DNA of 64,000 bases from Balanoglossus misakiensis. Lineage: Eukaryota > Animalia > Hemichordata. Location of the stretch: the NCBI GenBank assembly GCA_040954595.2, contig CM082578.2, positions 13,422,304-13,486,303 of the forward strand, written 5' to 3'. A model generated the notes under the pieces. It worked only from the letters and a program-made list of their open reading frames with translations. It made no database searches and had not been told where the DNA came from. Every line of letters starts with the position of its first letter. Within the stretch, counting starts at the first letter, position 1. The position numbers were made by a program, and so were the translations under genes. Shown here piece after piece: positions 12,363 through 26,084 of the stretch.

Positions 12363-15300
12363 ATGCATCAAATATCCGCCGAACCTGCCAGTCTCACTAA
12401 AGACCGCTTGAAAAACGATCTCACCGCACACAACATCGGGCTGCCTCCAGGGGACTCCAGAAAAGATGCGTACGTGAAGTTGTATTTGAAACATCTTACT
12501 CCTCTCCTGGACATCCAAGCTGGTGATGGAGACTCCCCAATGAAATCAGAGTTTTCGAGTGATGAAGAAAGCACGCCAGTGAAAATAGTCAAACAAAAGG
12601 TGGGTATCTTATGAAGCCTTGGAAACATTGCTAGGGTTTTGCATTTTGTTTTGATCACAGTCCAACACTGATAACTGCGCTTTCTGAACTTGAAACATTT
12701 TTACGTGTACGGCTGATCGATTTCTTGTTAAAGAACAAAATAAAGGTTAAAAGCTGCATCGATAATATTTATTTTGTCCTGGGAAGGTGTTAGGTAGAAG
12801 GCCCGTATGCTACTCGTATTATGGTTACACGTGACACTTGTTGAAACAGTCGACAGCCTGCGAGAAATATGTAAATCATTGATTACACTTGCTGCAAATA
12901 AATTTTAAAAATGCCTGCACTGCAGTTGCTACACACCATTCCTGTAAAATAGGGAAAATCGCAAATAGTGATTTGAAAGGCGGATATTTGAAGGTCACTT
13001 ATCAGTTATCTGCAAGGTGTGCGGCCTTCACCTCCGGTCCTTCATCGGGCCCGGAAAGTTTATTTCCGACTTGTACAGCACATATTGGTCAAGCTCGAGC
13101 GAATGCGAATAGTCTAATGTTGCCCCATTTTCTTCTAAATCGAAAGGAACAGAGAGTCAACGTACATTGTCATGCAAATTCACCACTTCTTGAAAATGTA
13201 CAATGCCCATGGGTGGTCGATGGTAATTTGACCATTGATAATTTTATTGGTCTTTATACATTAGCAATTGGGTGAAGTCACAAGCTTTGGTTTCTGCTGG
13301 TCCATAGCCCTACCAGTAGTAGTACCACTCACTAGGTCCCACAGCAAAGATTTGTAGTATAAGACAGTAACTGAAGAGAGACTGTCTGTTGGTTTTAACC
13401 ACATGCCTCCAAATCAACAACCATGAAGACCCACTGATACAACTGCAAAGTTGTGTCAGTGATCAAGATAGCAGTACTGTTAAATGCTAATGCCTGTTAA
13501 TTCAGGCAGAGAGGGTGTTAATTGAAAAACAAGCACTCAGTCAACATTAGGGATTCCCATGTTTACAGCAGTGTATCTTCAATGATTGCTGCCAAACCAG
13601 ATTTAGACTGAAACATAACTGTAAGGTATGCAGTACAGTGCAAACAGGTTTTCGCAGTTTGTTGACACATATTTCAGTAAATTGGTTTGGTTGGCCAAGA
13701 GTACAAACAAACACAGCGAACAATAGCCAAATGCTAATGGTATACATGTATATTCTTACTTGTTTTAAAGAGACTCAAGGTCACAACCAAATCTAAATTT
13801 GTGGTCACGTTTCCAGAACAAGTGCCTTGGAAGAAGCCATGTTTGCCTCAGGCAAATTTCCTTCCTGTAACGGTAACAGACAAGTCTAGACAGCTACTTT
13901 TTAGAAAGCTAACCAAGCAACATGATTGCATACAGACTTTTCAAATGGAAATGGACATTGCCTACAGCTGAATGCATTGTAAGGGTTGCTTCTGTTCCTG
14001 CTTTCATTTAAACATTCCCTCAAGATTGTTGATAGCCACAAACCTGCATTTGCAGATTTGTCATGAATGACACATTTGTGGATATAGCCCGATTATTTCA
14101 GTTTTCTATTTTAAAACATGATGGAAAGCAGACAAATGGGTTTCCATATACACATGGAATAGATTTCCTATAGCGGCATGATTGGCGTGTGTGTGTTTAC
14201 ATTTCAACAATTGACACGAAGAAATGTATTGATTGTATGTGTAGATGCATAGGCTGTGCAATGTGTTTGAAAATCTATACAAAATGTAATGTTATGTTTT
14301 CTGAATGGGTTGAGCATCCAGATGTCGGGGGGGGGGGGGGGGTTTAATGAACTTGTGAAGGGATTTTAAGACAATATGTATTTTTCACTAAGTGGAAAAT
14401 TAAGTGAAAACTGATTCACAACATTTAGTGTTGGGAGGAATAAAATATTATTGCATTTTATTAAATAATTTTTCAATCTATATGTGCCAGCCATCCCTTG
14501 ATAAGTATGATGCGCAGCACCACAAAGGAGTTTGTGATGCCCTCCAGGTAGTGGCCTTGGATTTATGTTAATGTCACTGGAACAGCATGCCAAGCTGGCC
14601 ATTGCATTATTTGGTCAGTAACTGGTTGTAGGTTGATGGGTTGGTCAATTGAGTGTAAACTATGAATATTTATTATTTGCACAACAATGCGGAAATTAAC
14701 ATGTGACATATAGTTTGGACAGTGATGTCTTTTATCAATGCAGCCTCTAACGTGTTTGCTATCTGACATGGAAGATTTAAACCAAATGACCAACTCAAAA
14801 TATTTAAAAGTCTCTATATCAAGAAGGGAAGACTTCTTACTTACCCTAGAGAGATAAATGATTTGTCGTAAATTGACTGGATATGGAAGAAAACTAAATG
14901 TTTTCCCTGTGATCTACCAGTTAATCATTTCTATTATCAACCCATGTATTCCTTTGAGTACAGATTAGGTAATCTGTTAGCATTGACCTGGGACAGCCTC
15001 TCCAATGGAAATATCTTAGTCCAGCTCAACCCTCTTCATGCCTTAGCTCAGTGCTACATCATATGACTTTTTGGTTACTTTATCAAACCACTGAATTGTT
15101 ACATGTGCAGCAGTGGTAAGCATTTTAATTAGTTGCATATTGGCATACTAAATGTGGGTTAATGAAACAGACATGCATGTAATTTACTCTTCATTTACAT
15201 ATTGTTATGCAGTGTTTGAGAATGATTTTGTTATTTTTTTCCTTCCAAATTTAAATTACAGCCATCAAAACAAGAGTGTTTGACAAATAACTGTCTGGAT

Positions 15301-18300
15301 TCCATGAGTTAAAAATTGTCAACAGAGCAACGCAAAGAATCTCCTTATTATGTAATGAAACTCATGCAAGGTCAGAGTGACCTTTATGCTACACTTCTGC
15401 ACGTGTCTTAGCTCTAGATGTGATTGCGTAGCTTCTGAAGACAAGTTGTGCCAAAATTGTAAATATTGAAATTTCAACTTTTGAAAGTATACTCTGCACC
15501 TTTGCAGTAAACATATTGGTGATTACTACTAACAAAATGGCTATATGGACAAACCAAATGTGTTTTCGTTTGAATTAGAAGACTACAGACTACTGGTAGC
15601 ATATGCAACACAGCAACACAACAGCCTTTTTACAGGCATCCTTGTCACAGTTCAATATTGTGATACATTGAAAGAAAAAGCTTTAGAATGTTACGATTGT
15701 GTTACTGTACGCTGTTGGTTTGTTTAGTGTCACTGCCAGCATTCATTGCTTTTTCCTTTGTAAACACACTAGAGTATTTGGAAAGGGGATTTTAGCTTCG
15801 TGACAAGAATGAAGATGAGTAGAGTGCTGTACTTTACATGTTGATTTTTGGCCAATTAAAAATCCCTTTTGAAGTACGTAGCGCCCTCTGTGGCAGCTTC
15901 ATGCGTTCTACTTCCTGTTTAATGCAGTGCTGTGTGAGGGCAGCTTTGTTGTAGCTGTACAGCCATCAAAATCAATACAGTCAGCTGTGTCAGTCTCAGT
16001 TGAATCAATATTTACCGTTTTTGTAGAATCTGGAGGACAGTTAACCAGTTATGTCGGTATGTTTGACTTTAACCTCATAATTGAAGTTTATTCCAGTGTG
16101 TGTTATGATGGGCATTCACACAACTGTAATACTTTCATTTTCAGATTTAATAAGTGTGAGACCACATGATAGCCGATATGCTACTGTACAATGGAATTTA
16201 TTGTCACCTGTTAATGTGCTAGTGCGATCTTTTTAACTAAACATGATCATCCAACTCTTGCAGTCTTCAGTTCAATGTTGTTAACAGTTATGAAATTTGA
16301 AAAGGAAGAATGGACTCAATGGGACCTTGAATTATTTAAATCATTCCTTGGCTTTTCAGTGTGAACTTGGGGTTGGTCTAGTTTAAAAATAAAGAGCAGC
16401 CTCTGATAAATGTTGTTACCAACAGCTGTTTATAATCAAACCATGGTACATGTACATGGGTTCGACAATGAAAGCTGTGAAGGTCATGACCCCAGACTGC
16501 CTGATTACTTGTCGTGTGATTGGTTCCCAGATCAGAGATGGTGGTTCAGCCTATGATGTCATGTCTGCAATATAAACCTTAACCTCTGTGGTGTATCCCT
16601 TATTTGGCAAACACTCATGACATCATTAAACAGTTCTATGTTTTGTGTTTCCTCCATGTGTGTAGAGCTGCAGTTGATCTAAAAATAGCTTGTGTAAACT
16701 TTCGTTTGTCCCAAAATACAATTGCACCGCACAGCAGATACCAATGCATTTCATATCACTTGCACTTTTGTCATCACAACTGAAGAAATATGTCAGTAAT
16801 TTTATTGATACGGTTTACTAACTTCAGTTTTGTAAATTTTAGACGATAACATATTTGGCAACTGTACATGTAGATCAGTCGAGAGTACTCACAACTCAGC
16901 AGGGATGCCTTTGAATATGTACTTAACAGGAGGAATAGTTTGTTGCCATAGAAACACATTCCATCTGGCCTGCGTAGCCACTAAACAAAATAGTGTCTTT
17001 AGGGTCACTGTAGACTGGCGTCCCAGTGGCTATTTGTAGATTTCTCAATTTTCCTGCAGTGTTGTGGTGGAGGGCAGGCAATGTGTTCGTCAGAAATGGG
17101 TCATTAGCAGAAGAGCTGGTTACATCAACCTCTTTATACTCTCCCTACCTCATAACATTTCTGGTGGCAGGTTGCAAGTATTTGAAGAGTGGTAATATCT
17201 AGTCTGAATTGTTTCACTGCCAGTCTGCTGTAGTGTTGACAGAGTGCAAGTTATCATCTGGAGTCTGTTGCTACTTTTGGGGTCACTCGCAGCCTTGGTA
17301 GGATGTAGCTGCTGGTAGCTGTGGAATCTCATGGCAACCGTAACCTAGTCTGTTTCTTGATGGCTTTAATTTGAAACATTTCGTGGACTTGACAATGTCA
17401 AGGAGAAGAAAATGAATTTCTATCTTCGGAGAGTAAGATTAGTACGCCTTCTGTCATTTAATTTCTACTTCAACCATCAGTCGGTAGGTTTGCAAGTTTC
17501 ATTCCAGAAATGCTTTTTATTTGCATGCTCTAGATCTGTTCTACTTACTTTGTCACTTGAATCAAATAATGGCAGTCAATGTATAAGAACATCATGTTTC
17601 AATATTTTTCGCCCAAATAATACCCATTAGCAGACACTTTGCTGGACTTTTTTTTTTCTTGGTTTATCAGGTTTGTTTTTTTCCAAGTGGAATTCTTTCA
17701 GTCCAGTCAGGTCATACTGTCTTGATGTGCTTGTGTGGAATTCACTTATAATAATCTCCATTCCTACGTGATACTATGGCAATGGTTTAAAAATATAGAG
17801 TTTTATTTCATGGAAGACTTTCAAGTGTCCTGCACCATTAGAAATTTGACATACCCAAGTCATACAAATCTAGGCTGCGGGGTATTTTACTGCTGGATAA
17901 TTGATAATGGATAATTACAACAAGATTCTGCTTTGGTGTAAATTTACTTTTGCGCGAACATAGTTGGGCAAGCTTGGATTTCAATACACTTCTTGAATTG
18001 TTATTTTTTTTTTTTTCAGAGGACAACAAAGAAATCTCAGAGGGTCATCAAGAGGGACAATGACATTGAAATTGAAATTGAGAAAGAAGTTGCCAACTTA
18101 TCGGATCGAGAATTGGCAGAAAAGTTGAAGGAGTTTGGTCTATCGCCTGGACCTATCATTTGTAAGTTGCTTGCATTTTTTAATTCCTTTCACCCGTAGC
18201 AGTATGTATGATGAACATTCTGTATATACCAACATTTCCATAGATTGCCATAGATTGTTTGACTACTAAGATATCTTTTTCTTCTTTTACAGCGAGTACT

Positions 18301-19346
18301 CGAGGAGTGTATGAACGCAAGTTGGTGAAGTTAAGGATTGATGGACCAGAGGAAAAACCACAGACCAATGGATCTGATGAATTCAGTGACAGTGATGAAG
18401 GTGGGCATGGCTGGAACATTTCAAGACACCATTCCTAAAAATAAGATATTTGTTGTCACACAGTGTAGAACATGAACACCAGTGCATGTACATGTGTTTC
18501 ATTTAAATGGTCAGATTATTCTCTGCTCTTCAGATCACACCATAAATGTAACTCTCCTGCATAAGATATGACCTTTCCACCTATTTTTAAAGGACGTTTT
18601 TTTAAAAATACATAAGAAAAGAGCATTCACAAAAGTTAGAAAAAATGATAATACTCTAAGCTGATTTTCTTGCTATGGATTTATTGAAAATGTTGAAAAG
18701 CTTTTTGTAGCCGAGAGTGAAATATTCAAGTTTTTGTTTTATTTCCCCAGACAATTCATCTGAAGAAGATGTCTCTCAGGAAACAGAAGTGTTAAAGTGA
18801 GTACCATATCCTCTGCAATCCCAAATGATTAATAGTGAAACTGATGTAATCAAAGTGACTTTATTGTGTTTAGTACTATCACCCTCACCCATGCCCATCA
18901 AAACCAGACTGACAGAGACATTGCGAATCCTGCTAAAATGTTTGAAAAGGTTTGTGTTACTGCAATAGCCAGTCTCAGTCTGGGCAGTCATCTATGTGTG
19001 TTGCAAGACAAACTTTGTATTCACAACATTGCATCTCATTTCTTCACCAAAAAAAAACAACAACAACAGAATGGAGCCACAAGTGAGGAAAAGAGTCACA
19101 GTTCAAGAAGAAGAGAGCAAGACAGAGACGGTTGTACAGAAAGAGACAACTGTCGCCAGTAGCACAAAGATAGAAAGCAAGACGGAGACAGAGACAAAGA
19201 AAAGATTCATTCCAGTGTTTGTGCAGATCATCATCCTTCTCCTTGTGGCCCTTCTCATTTTCCTTGTTCTGTACAACATGGAAAGTTTACCGCAAGGAAA
19301 GATTCCTGACAGTTTACCTGGTAGTGGGAAACTTAAATTGGAGTAA
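12363..19346 (+). CDS. TMPO: Lamina-associated polypeptide 2 / thymopoietin-like inner nuclear membrane protein (LEM-like + LEM + C-terminal TM). Exons 12363-12599, 18020-18161, 18293-18400, 18751-18796, 19070-19346
   Basis: Exon 1 EPASLTKDRLKNDLTAHNIGLPPGDSRKDAYVKLYLKHLT..FSSDEE matches the LAP2 LEM-like domain. LEM domain LSDRELAEKLKEFGLSPGPIISSTRGVYERKL. TM segment VFVQIIILLLVALLIFLVLY. Exon phases are consistent. Confidence 0.9.
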
Positions 19347-20055
19347 AACAGTTCGTTTTGAAGATATATACCTCGAGATTTTCTTGTTAAGTGAAAGATA
19401 TATAACTTTGTATAAGATGTGAAAATGTTTCAATTTCATCTCCTTGACAATCTGTTTTCACTCTATTTGCTTTAAAATGGTGATTCTCATATTATCAAGC
19501 ATATAGAACTGTTTAAATGTGCCTTTAAGAAATCTTAGATCATCATAAAAGTAATGGCAATTCAGTCAATTAATTTTTTCTAGAGCAAGACAGATGTTTG
19601 ATATTGATGAGAAAATAGACATATTAAAACACTAAAGTTGCCCAATATATTAACTCCAAAGAAATTTGTAATAAGACTCAAAATATCCATGATGGTCACA
19701 AAAATTAGCAATATTCAAATTGAAGATGACCTGAAGATGTTCATTTGTAATCATGTTTTTTTCTTGAAATCCAGAGACCTTTTTTAAGATATTGTATATG
19801 CAAAACCTTTGTATTAACAAAAACAATAAAACTTCAAAGTAGAGACACAAGACTTTGCTCACTTTCAGTTTTATTTCCGTAATATTTTTCTTTGATGAAT
19901 TTCTGAGGCTGTAAATGTTATTCGCATATTTTATTGAATATAGATGTAGTTCCGTATTGGAATGATACACAACACAATAATGAACACAACAATGCTACTC
20001 CTATTTTTTGCTGTGCATACTATAGTTCCATGTTATGGTGTTTCTCATGCATACT

Positions 20056-20829
20056 CTATTGTTTGGGTGGGTCACCAATCTCTCCTTGACTTTCGATTTT
20101 ACCCATTTTCAGCTCCAGTGGAATTTCAGCTGTGTCACGTTTTCTCATCTTGTCGTGAGGGCAGTCTATCCCCTCAACGCATTTCAAACCTGCGTCTCGT
20201 TTCTCCAACTTCTCGGGAAGACAGCTTCCACCGCAATCTTCTTCCGTGTCGCGTTTGTCCATCTCTGGGAGACAGCCGGGTCCACAATCTTCATCATTGG
20301 CGTTGCGTTTCTGCATCATATCCTGAGGACAATCTACACCCTCAAGGCACTCCAGATCGACGCTCTTTTTCTCCAACGGCCTGGGAAGATTTTCTTCATG
20401 TCTGTCTTCAGATTGAGGGTGTAGGATTCGTTTCAGGAATGTACCCGGAAGGCAGCTCGCACCACATCCTCTTTCGACGGAACGCTTTCCTTCCTCTGGA
20501 AGTTGACAGTCAGGTCCACAATCGTCGTCGTCATCTATCCCTTGACCACCAAATGTATTATCGTCTGCTGTATTTTATGAAGCCAAATATTTGGATGGTT
20601 ACGACACAACCGGATATAAATTAAAGTTTCTGAGTTATTTTCCTAAGTGTATAAAGGCAAATTTATTGCTCTTAGGTCTAGAGACTATGGGCAGACGACT
20701 GAGAGAAAAAATGCTCCACCTTTAATATACGAAGCATTACACACCTGAAGAGTTGACCGTCTCGGCTAACATCACCAACATCACAGTGAATACCAGGGAT
20801 AGTTTGACCACCTTTGATTGTTTTCTCAT
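20056..20829 (-). CDS. Secreted multi-peptide precursor (neuropeptide-, toxin- or pheromone-like), 198 aa. Coding exons 20829-20745 and 20567-20056
   Basis: Signal-peptide exon MRKQSKVVKLSLVFTVMLVMLAETVNSS is joined by a phase-1 GT-AG intron to an exon encoding repeats separated by KR/KK. Six of the repeats carry two Cys each. Total 597 nt in frame. Confidence 0.85.
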
Positions 20830-22272
20830 TCTGTAAAAGTCAGTTGACCATGAAATTTCAGAAATTTTCAAGCAACTGTCATGTTTGAAAAATGACAATA
20901 AACTTGAGAAGACACACAGATGAAGATCAACAGCTGATATTTATCAGCTCTGTTCATGGATTATGGCCTTGAATTCACACAAACCACGGCCACAAAAAAC
21001 AAACGAAAGGAATAGGCCACTTACTTTTTGAATTTTCAACCGAAGACCAGACCAAATCAAATACGGCCCTTGTACCTGTTGTAGCAGAGAGCTCACTGCA
21101 GTCCACTGATGCAATCGTCAATGTGTGGATTGTGACCGAGTGCGGAGTTTTAATATCGTGTCAACGTGGCCACTTCAAGAATTTATTCCACATGCTGACG
21201 TGGACTGTTTCCACATCCAAATATTGTGATGGAAATAAATCAGACACAAAAGTTACAAGTGTCTGTTTGCATGAAGCTATCTACCCCAGAAATTGTTGCT
21301 TGGCAACCATGTAAAGTAAAAACAGCAGAGGACCATTTGAGGGTCCAGACAACTTGCAATATCGGTAAAGCGATTATTTATATAATTTTCATATATTTTA
21401 CATTACATTTTTCTTGTAAAACTTTCAATTATTCCTTTCATAACATTACAAAGTCGCCACTGCCAGACATTACCGAAACAAATTAAGAAAAACATACATG
21501 TACAATCTTCTCTCTAAAGAGGAAATCTTTATGTACAGCATATTGCATTTTTTGAGTAAATACTTTAAAATGAGAAGTCACAAGAACAAAATGCTAAATT
21601 TTCTAAAATATCTGCCCTGAGTAACATTTCATGTGCGTGTAAATAAATGGGTTTAATTGACTGGCTATGGGTTAATGGTTCTCTACCCAAGAGAATGCAA
21701 GTCACCCCAAAACAATCTGTTTTCCCCCCAAGACCAAAGGTTCAAGGTTAACAGACCTTCTGAGGGAGACAGCTGTATGCTTTGACCTTGACATAGCCAG
21801 TCAATATGGGTTGTGCAACACACCTCAAAGAATTTATCATTTTTGCTTGAATTTGCCTACAACACAAACAGAAATCTTCATTCTGCATATGTTTCTTCAT
21901 GTGTACATTGAGAAGATATTTCATTTTAAGTAAAAGGTTGTCAGAACTGTTCCCTGGTCCGTAATAATACATTAATGCAAAGATTAATACAGTCATTGAA
22001 ATTTGCCACAATGAAGACTTCTTCGTAAAATCAATGACTTTACAATAAAATACTACTGCAACTACATCACTCCATTGCATTGAAAGATTATCAGATTTCA
22101 AGTATAAGCAAGATCGACCTTGATATACTTTGCATACATTTAAAATACTCTCATGGACAGTAAATCTTTGTGGCAAACTTCATTTGATAGCCATTCATAA
22201 AAAGCACACACAAAAACTGTTTAAAATACAATCAGCCATAATTTCTACATCTTGGACATTTCTTCTGGAATT

Positions 22273-24969
22273 CTATGATCTTCTAGTGGTGACTGGTCCA
22301 TTTTGTTTTGTCTTCACCATTTCTTTCAGCATTTTCTCACACATGAACAGAGACCTTGGTACGTGAAAGCAACCTGTTTACAAAAGTGTCAATAAGTTAG
22401 CAAAGTTAGCATTGTCGATTATCTCAACAATACTCAAAGTCTGCCTGTAAACAACATGTCTACTCATTGTTACAAATAATAACTGTAAAATAATATTACC
22501 TTTGAATGGACCTCCTTTAAAATTCTGTGTTACTTCACCTTGTTGGCTGAGATAGCCATACCATTCACCATATTTGTTGTCTGTAAACTGGAATTGAAAG
22601 TACTTGATTAAAACACTGTCGTTTTATCCAGATAGTGGTAAGCTTCTGCGAGAATCTAGAAAGTTCTTCAGCTTGTACATAGATATACACCTAATCCAAT
22701 AGCGTACAATTTCCAAACTTAAAACTAAACTGATTAAGTTTACATTTTTCTGAGATTGGACTTACATGGTTGAAGCTGTAGTCAAATACTTTTGCGAAAT
22801 ATTCCAAGTATGTGACATCATTTGTTTCTTTGTAAGCCATGAGAAATGCAATTAGAGCTTCATTATGTGGCCACCACAATTTCATATTCCATTCTAACTG
22901 TGTCGGGGATAGGCCATCAGCATCTAGGAAGTAAAGAATCCCTCCATATTTTTCATCCCAGCCACTTTTGAATGGATTCACCATGAATTTCTGGATAGCT
23001 ATTTCTTTGAGGTTTGGTCTGTTATTCTTCACTGCATAATCTAAGAGAAACCAGCCTGCTTCTATGGCATGACCTAAAGTACAAAAATTAAGCACCATGT
23101 ATGTCAAGAAGTTTGATTATTTGATGGTGGGTTTCTTCCTTCATTATCTATAAGAAAACCCAGCTTTGATGCAGATGGAGGAATTATTACCTGGATTCAT
23201 ATGCCTTCCTTGGCATCCCGGTATTTCTTTGCCTTCAGGAGACACATTTTCCAATATCACTATTCCATCTCTCTGCAATAGTCAACATAAGATCAATAGG
23301 GATATGAGCCTGTGATAACTAGGATCAAGAGACTGGGAAATAAATAAAGATACAATAAGACCAGAATTCCAGGCCTGAAAGGGTACACTGTAAAACATAC
23401 GACTCAAAGAAAAGAAGCATTAATACCTGTACATGCTTGAGTGCCTCCTCCACCGTCCATTCTTGTAAATCTTTAAACTCCGCAGCCAGTGAAATATCAT
23501 CTTCACATAATTCATCAATTAGAACCAGCAACATCATTGGAATGGCAAGACCATTCACTGGCATCATCCCAGACAACTTGGGTCTTCCAAGTTCTGTATC
23601 ATCAACCTGTACCCAGTGCTTGATTTTGCGTAACATCTTGACAGCCTCTTCCTGCAGAAAGTGATAAGATTCTTACATTTAGCTTTCTTTCAATATACAA
23701 CATCCAGATCAGTCAGATTTCTATGTTCCCTGCATCATAGTTTATGAACATTAACATCATCAGTGAAAGAAAAGTCATATACACACCGCAGTGACTACTT
23801 ATAGTGTGTTACTGAATAGAAACTGACAGGCCTCTTTGTGGTTGGCTCATATTACCTTGTATTTTGAGTCTTTAGTTGCCCTAGCAACTTCTGACATGGC
23901 CAGCATGTAGAAACATTCGGCAAAGATGGTGCGCTGAATTTTGATTGGATGACCTTCCTTTGTCATCAGAAAGTGACACTTCATTGTCTCTGGGTCCTTG
24001 AGATTTTGCATGAGAAAGTCCGCACCTGATGTTTGCAGACAGAATGTGCACATGTATTACTGAAGCAAATTTCTCAAAAACATAGTATCAAAAATATGGA
24101 TTTTATTCGTCTTAATTGAATAGAACAAAATCAGTGATATTCCAAATCCATGCATAGGTATACCACACTGATCTCTCTAAATTTATCTTCTAAAATGGCA
24201 ATACTCAGGCACTCACCTCTTACTGCAGCCTGAAGAATATCTGGCTTGTGAAATCTTTCAACTTCATTGTACAGCTTACAGTACATCCACACCTGAAATG
24301 CCAAATAATTTCTTTTAAATTCAGGATTCACTGAGAAGATTCATAATGTCCTTGCTAATGCTTACTGCATTTAAAAGTTCCTTATTACCAGGTATTTTTT
24401 ATCCCTGACATCACAGAATGCAATCTACATGTGCAAAGTTTTAAATCATAAAAGTTAAAGAGCAGGCGCCTGGTTAAAGAGGTAATTGCGTCTCACCTGT
24501 CTCCCTTGAAGCCAACCATACTTGAGATCGTCATAGATTTTGCCATCCCGACCAAGACATGTAAAGAAACCCCTAGACAGTGATAAAATAGAAATATCAA
24601 AAATCAATCACAGGCACAAGGGAAGTCTGCGGGACCAACTAGGTCTATATATATGTCTCTGGTTGAGTTGATGGCAGGCAGATACAGCTCTGACAATGAA
24701 TGATCGGGCCTTCTTTACCATTAATCTCCAGACAATTGAAGAACCATGTTCAATGTACATTCTTGCGTACTCAAGGTCCTGTTAATGCCGAAACTGCTCT
24801 GCATAAGGCCATTAACATAACAACAAAATTACAATACAATGTACTATATGTCATACCCATTTTCTTCATCATGTGAGTTTGTCAACCAAAATTCCATAGC
24901 TCTGTCCAGCTCTCTTTCTATTTTCTCTAGGAATTCTGGAAGTCTTGATTTCACACAATTGAGAGCCAT
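22273..24969 (-). CDS. RENBP: N-acylglucosamine 2-epimerase (renin-binding protein), about 9 coding exons
   Basis: Exons encode [82 protein letters not shown] and GPFKGCFHVPR. Confidence 0.96.
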
Positions 24970-26084
24970 TTTCAAATTCTGCAAAATGCAATAATGAAAG
25001 TCACTAGATAAGAACCATTAGTCATTGCAGAAAGCTCTGCTGTTGCAATGAGAATAGCAAAGGTAACGACAGAAAAAATCTCTACATCTGACCTGATTAG
25101 ATACACTGAAGCTGGAAGTACAAGGGTTTGTATTGGAGGTTTTAGGGTACGTTCCTGCACCAGCAGTACCGGAGCATAGGAACGCCCCCCCCCCCCCCCC
25201 CCCCCAACAGTGTTCAGCCGCCTGTGGGTTCCATGTAGTTTATTATGGGAATCGAACCAAACAAACATGTTCTTGTCATCAGAATATGTTACCAGGCCAT
25301 CGGACGAGTATCTCCCTCATTCTTTATCCAATAGTAATCAACGCGGCAATCACTTTTACTAGTATAAATATTAAAAACAATGACTCACCTTGTCAAATAG
25401 GTAGTTTTCACTCCAACCGTGGCGTAATCAAGTTTTCCGATTGTGATAAACTTCTTGTTCAATTCAAATCGTAGCACTGCTGTGTGTTTTCCTGTTATGC
25501 TCCTCGCGCTCTGCGTCAACAACTTTTGATCATATGATTATGACATCTACAGAGGACACTAAACAAAGACCGGATGTAGCTGGCCAGCTGCAGAACGTCG
25601 ATGCCATGTTTTTGTTTACAACAAGTCAGCTGACTCGTCAATGCCTTGACCTATAACCTCTTTCAACCTATGACCCAGGCGATTCCATGCATAGAGCAAG
25701 TTGTATTTTTGTGTATTCAGACCTTTTGAAGTTAATTATTTCAGCAAATTTGTGAAAATATTACCCGTATTTTATTATAAAACAGTTTCAGGGGTCGGTG
25801 AAGTCAGCATTTTGTCTAACCCATTTGAATCAAGTGGAACCTCCTTGATCAACAGATCTCGAGTATCTCGCGTGTACGTTTCTCGCCTGAACAAACGAGA
25901 TTTCGCATGCGCACCCACACTCGCGCATACGAGCAAAATATTGCAGGTGTACTGATTTCGACCCACTGAAGAAATATTGACGGAAACCACAATTGATCGC
26001 CCTGTCAGTTTTATCGGACGGCCATAGGCGTCCCTGAAAGTCATTTTTATAAATCGATAAGTGTGTCTGTTGTATCGCAAAACG

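Noticed and set aside
19962-20624. 220-aa plus-strand ORF
   Set aside because: Antisense shadow of the peptide precursor exon, with no recognisable protein features.
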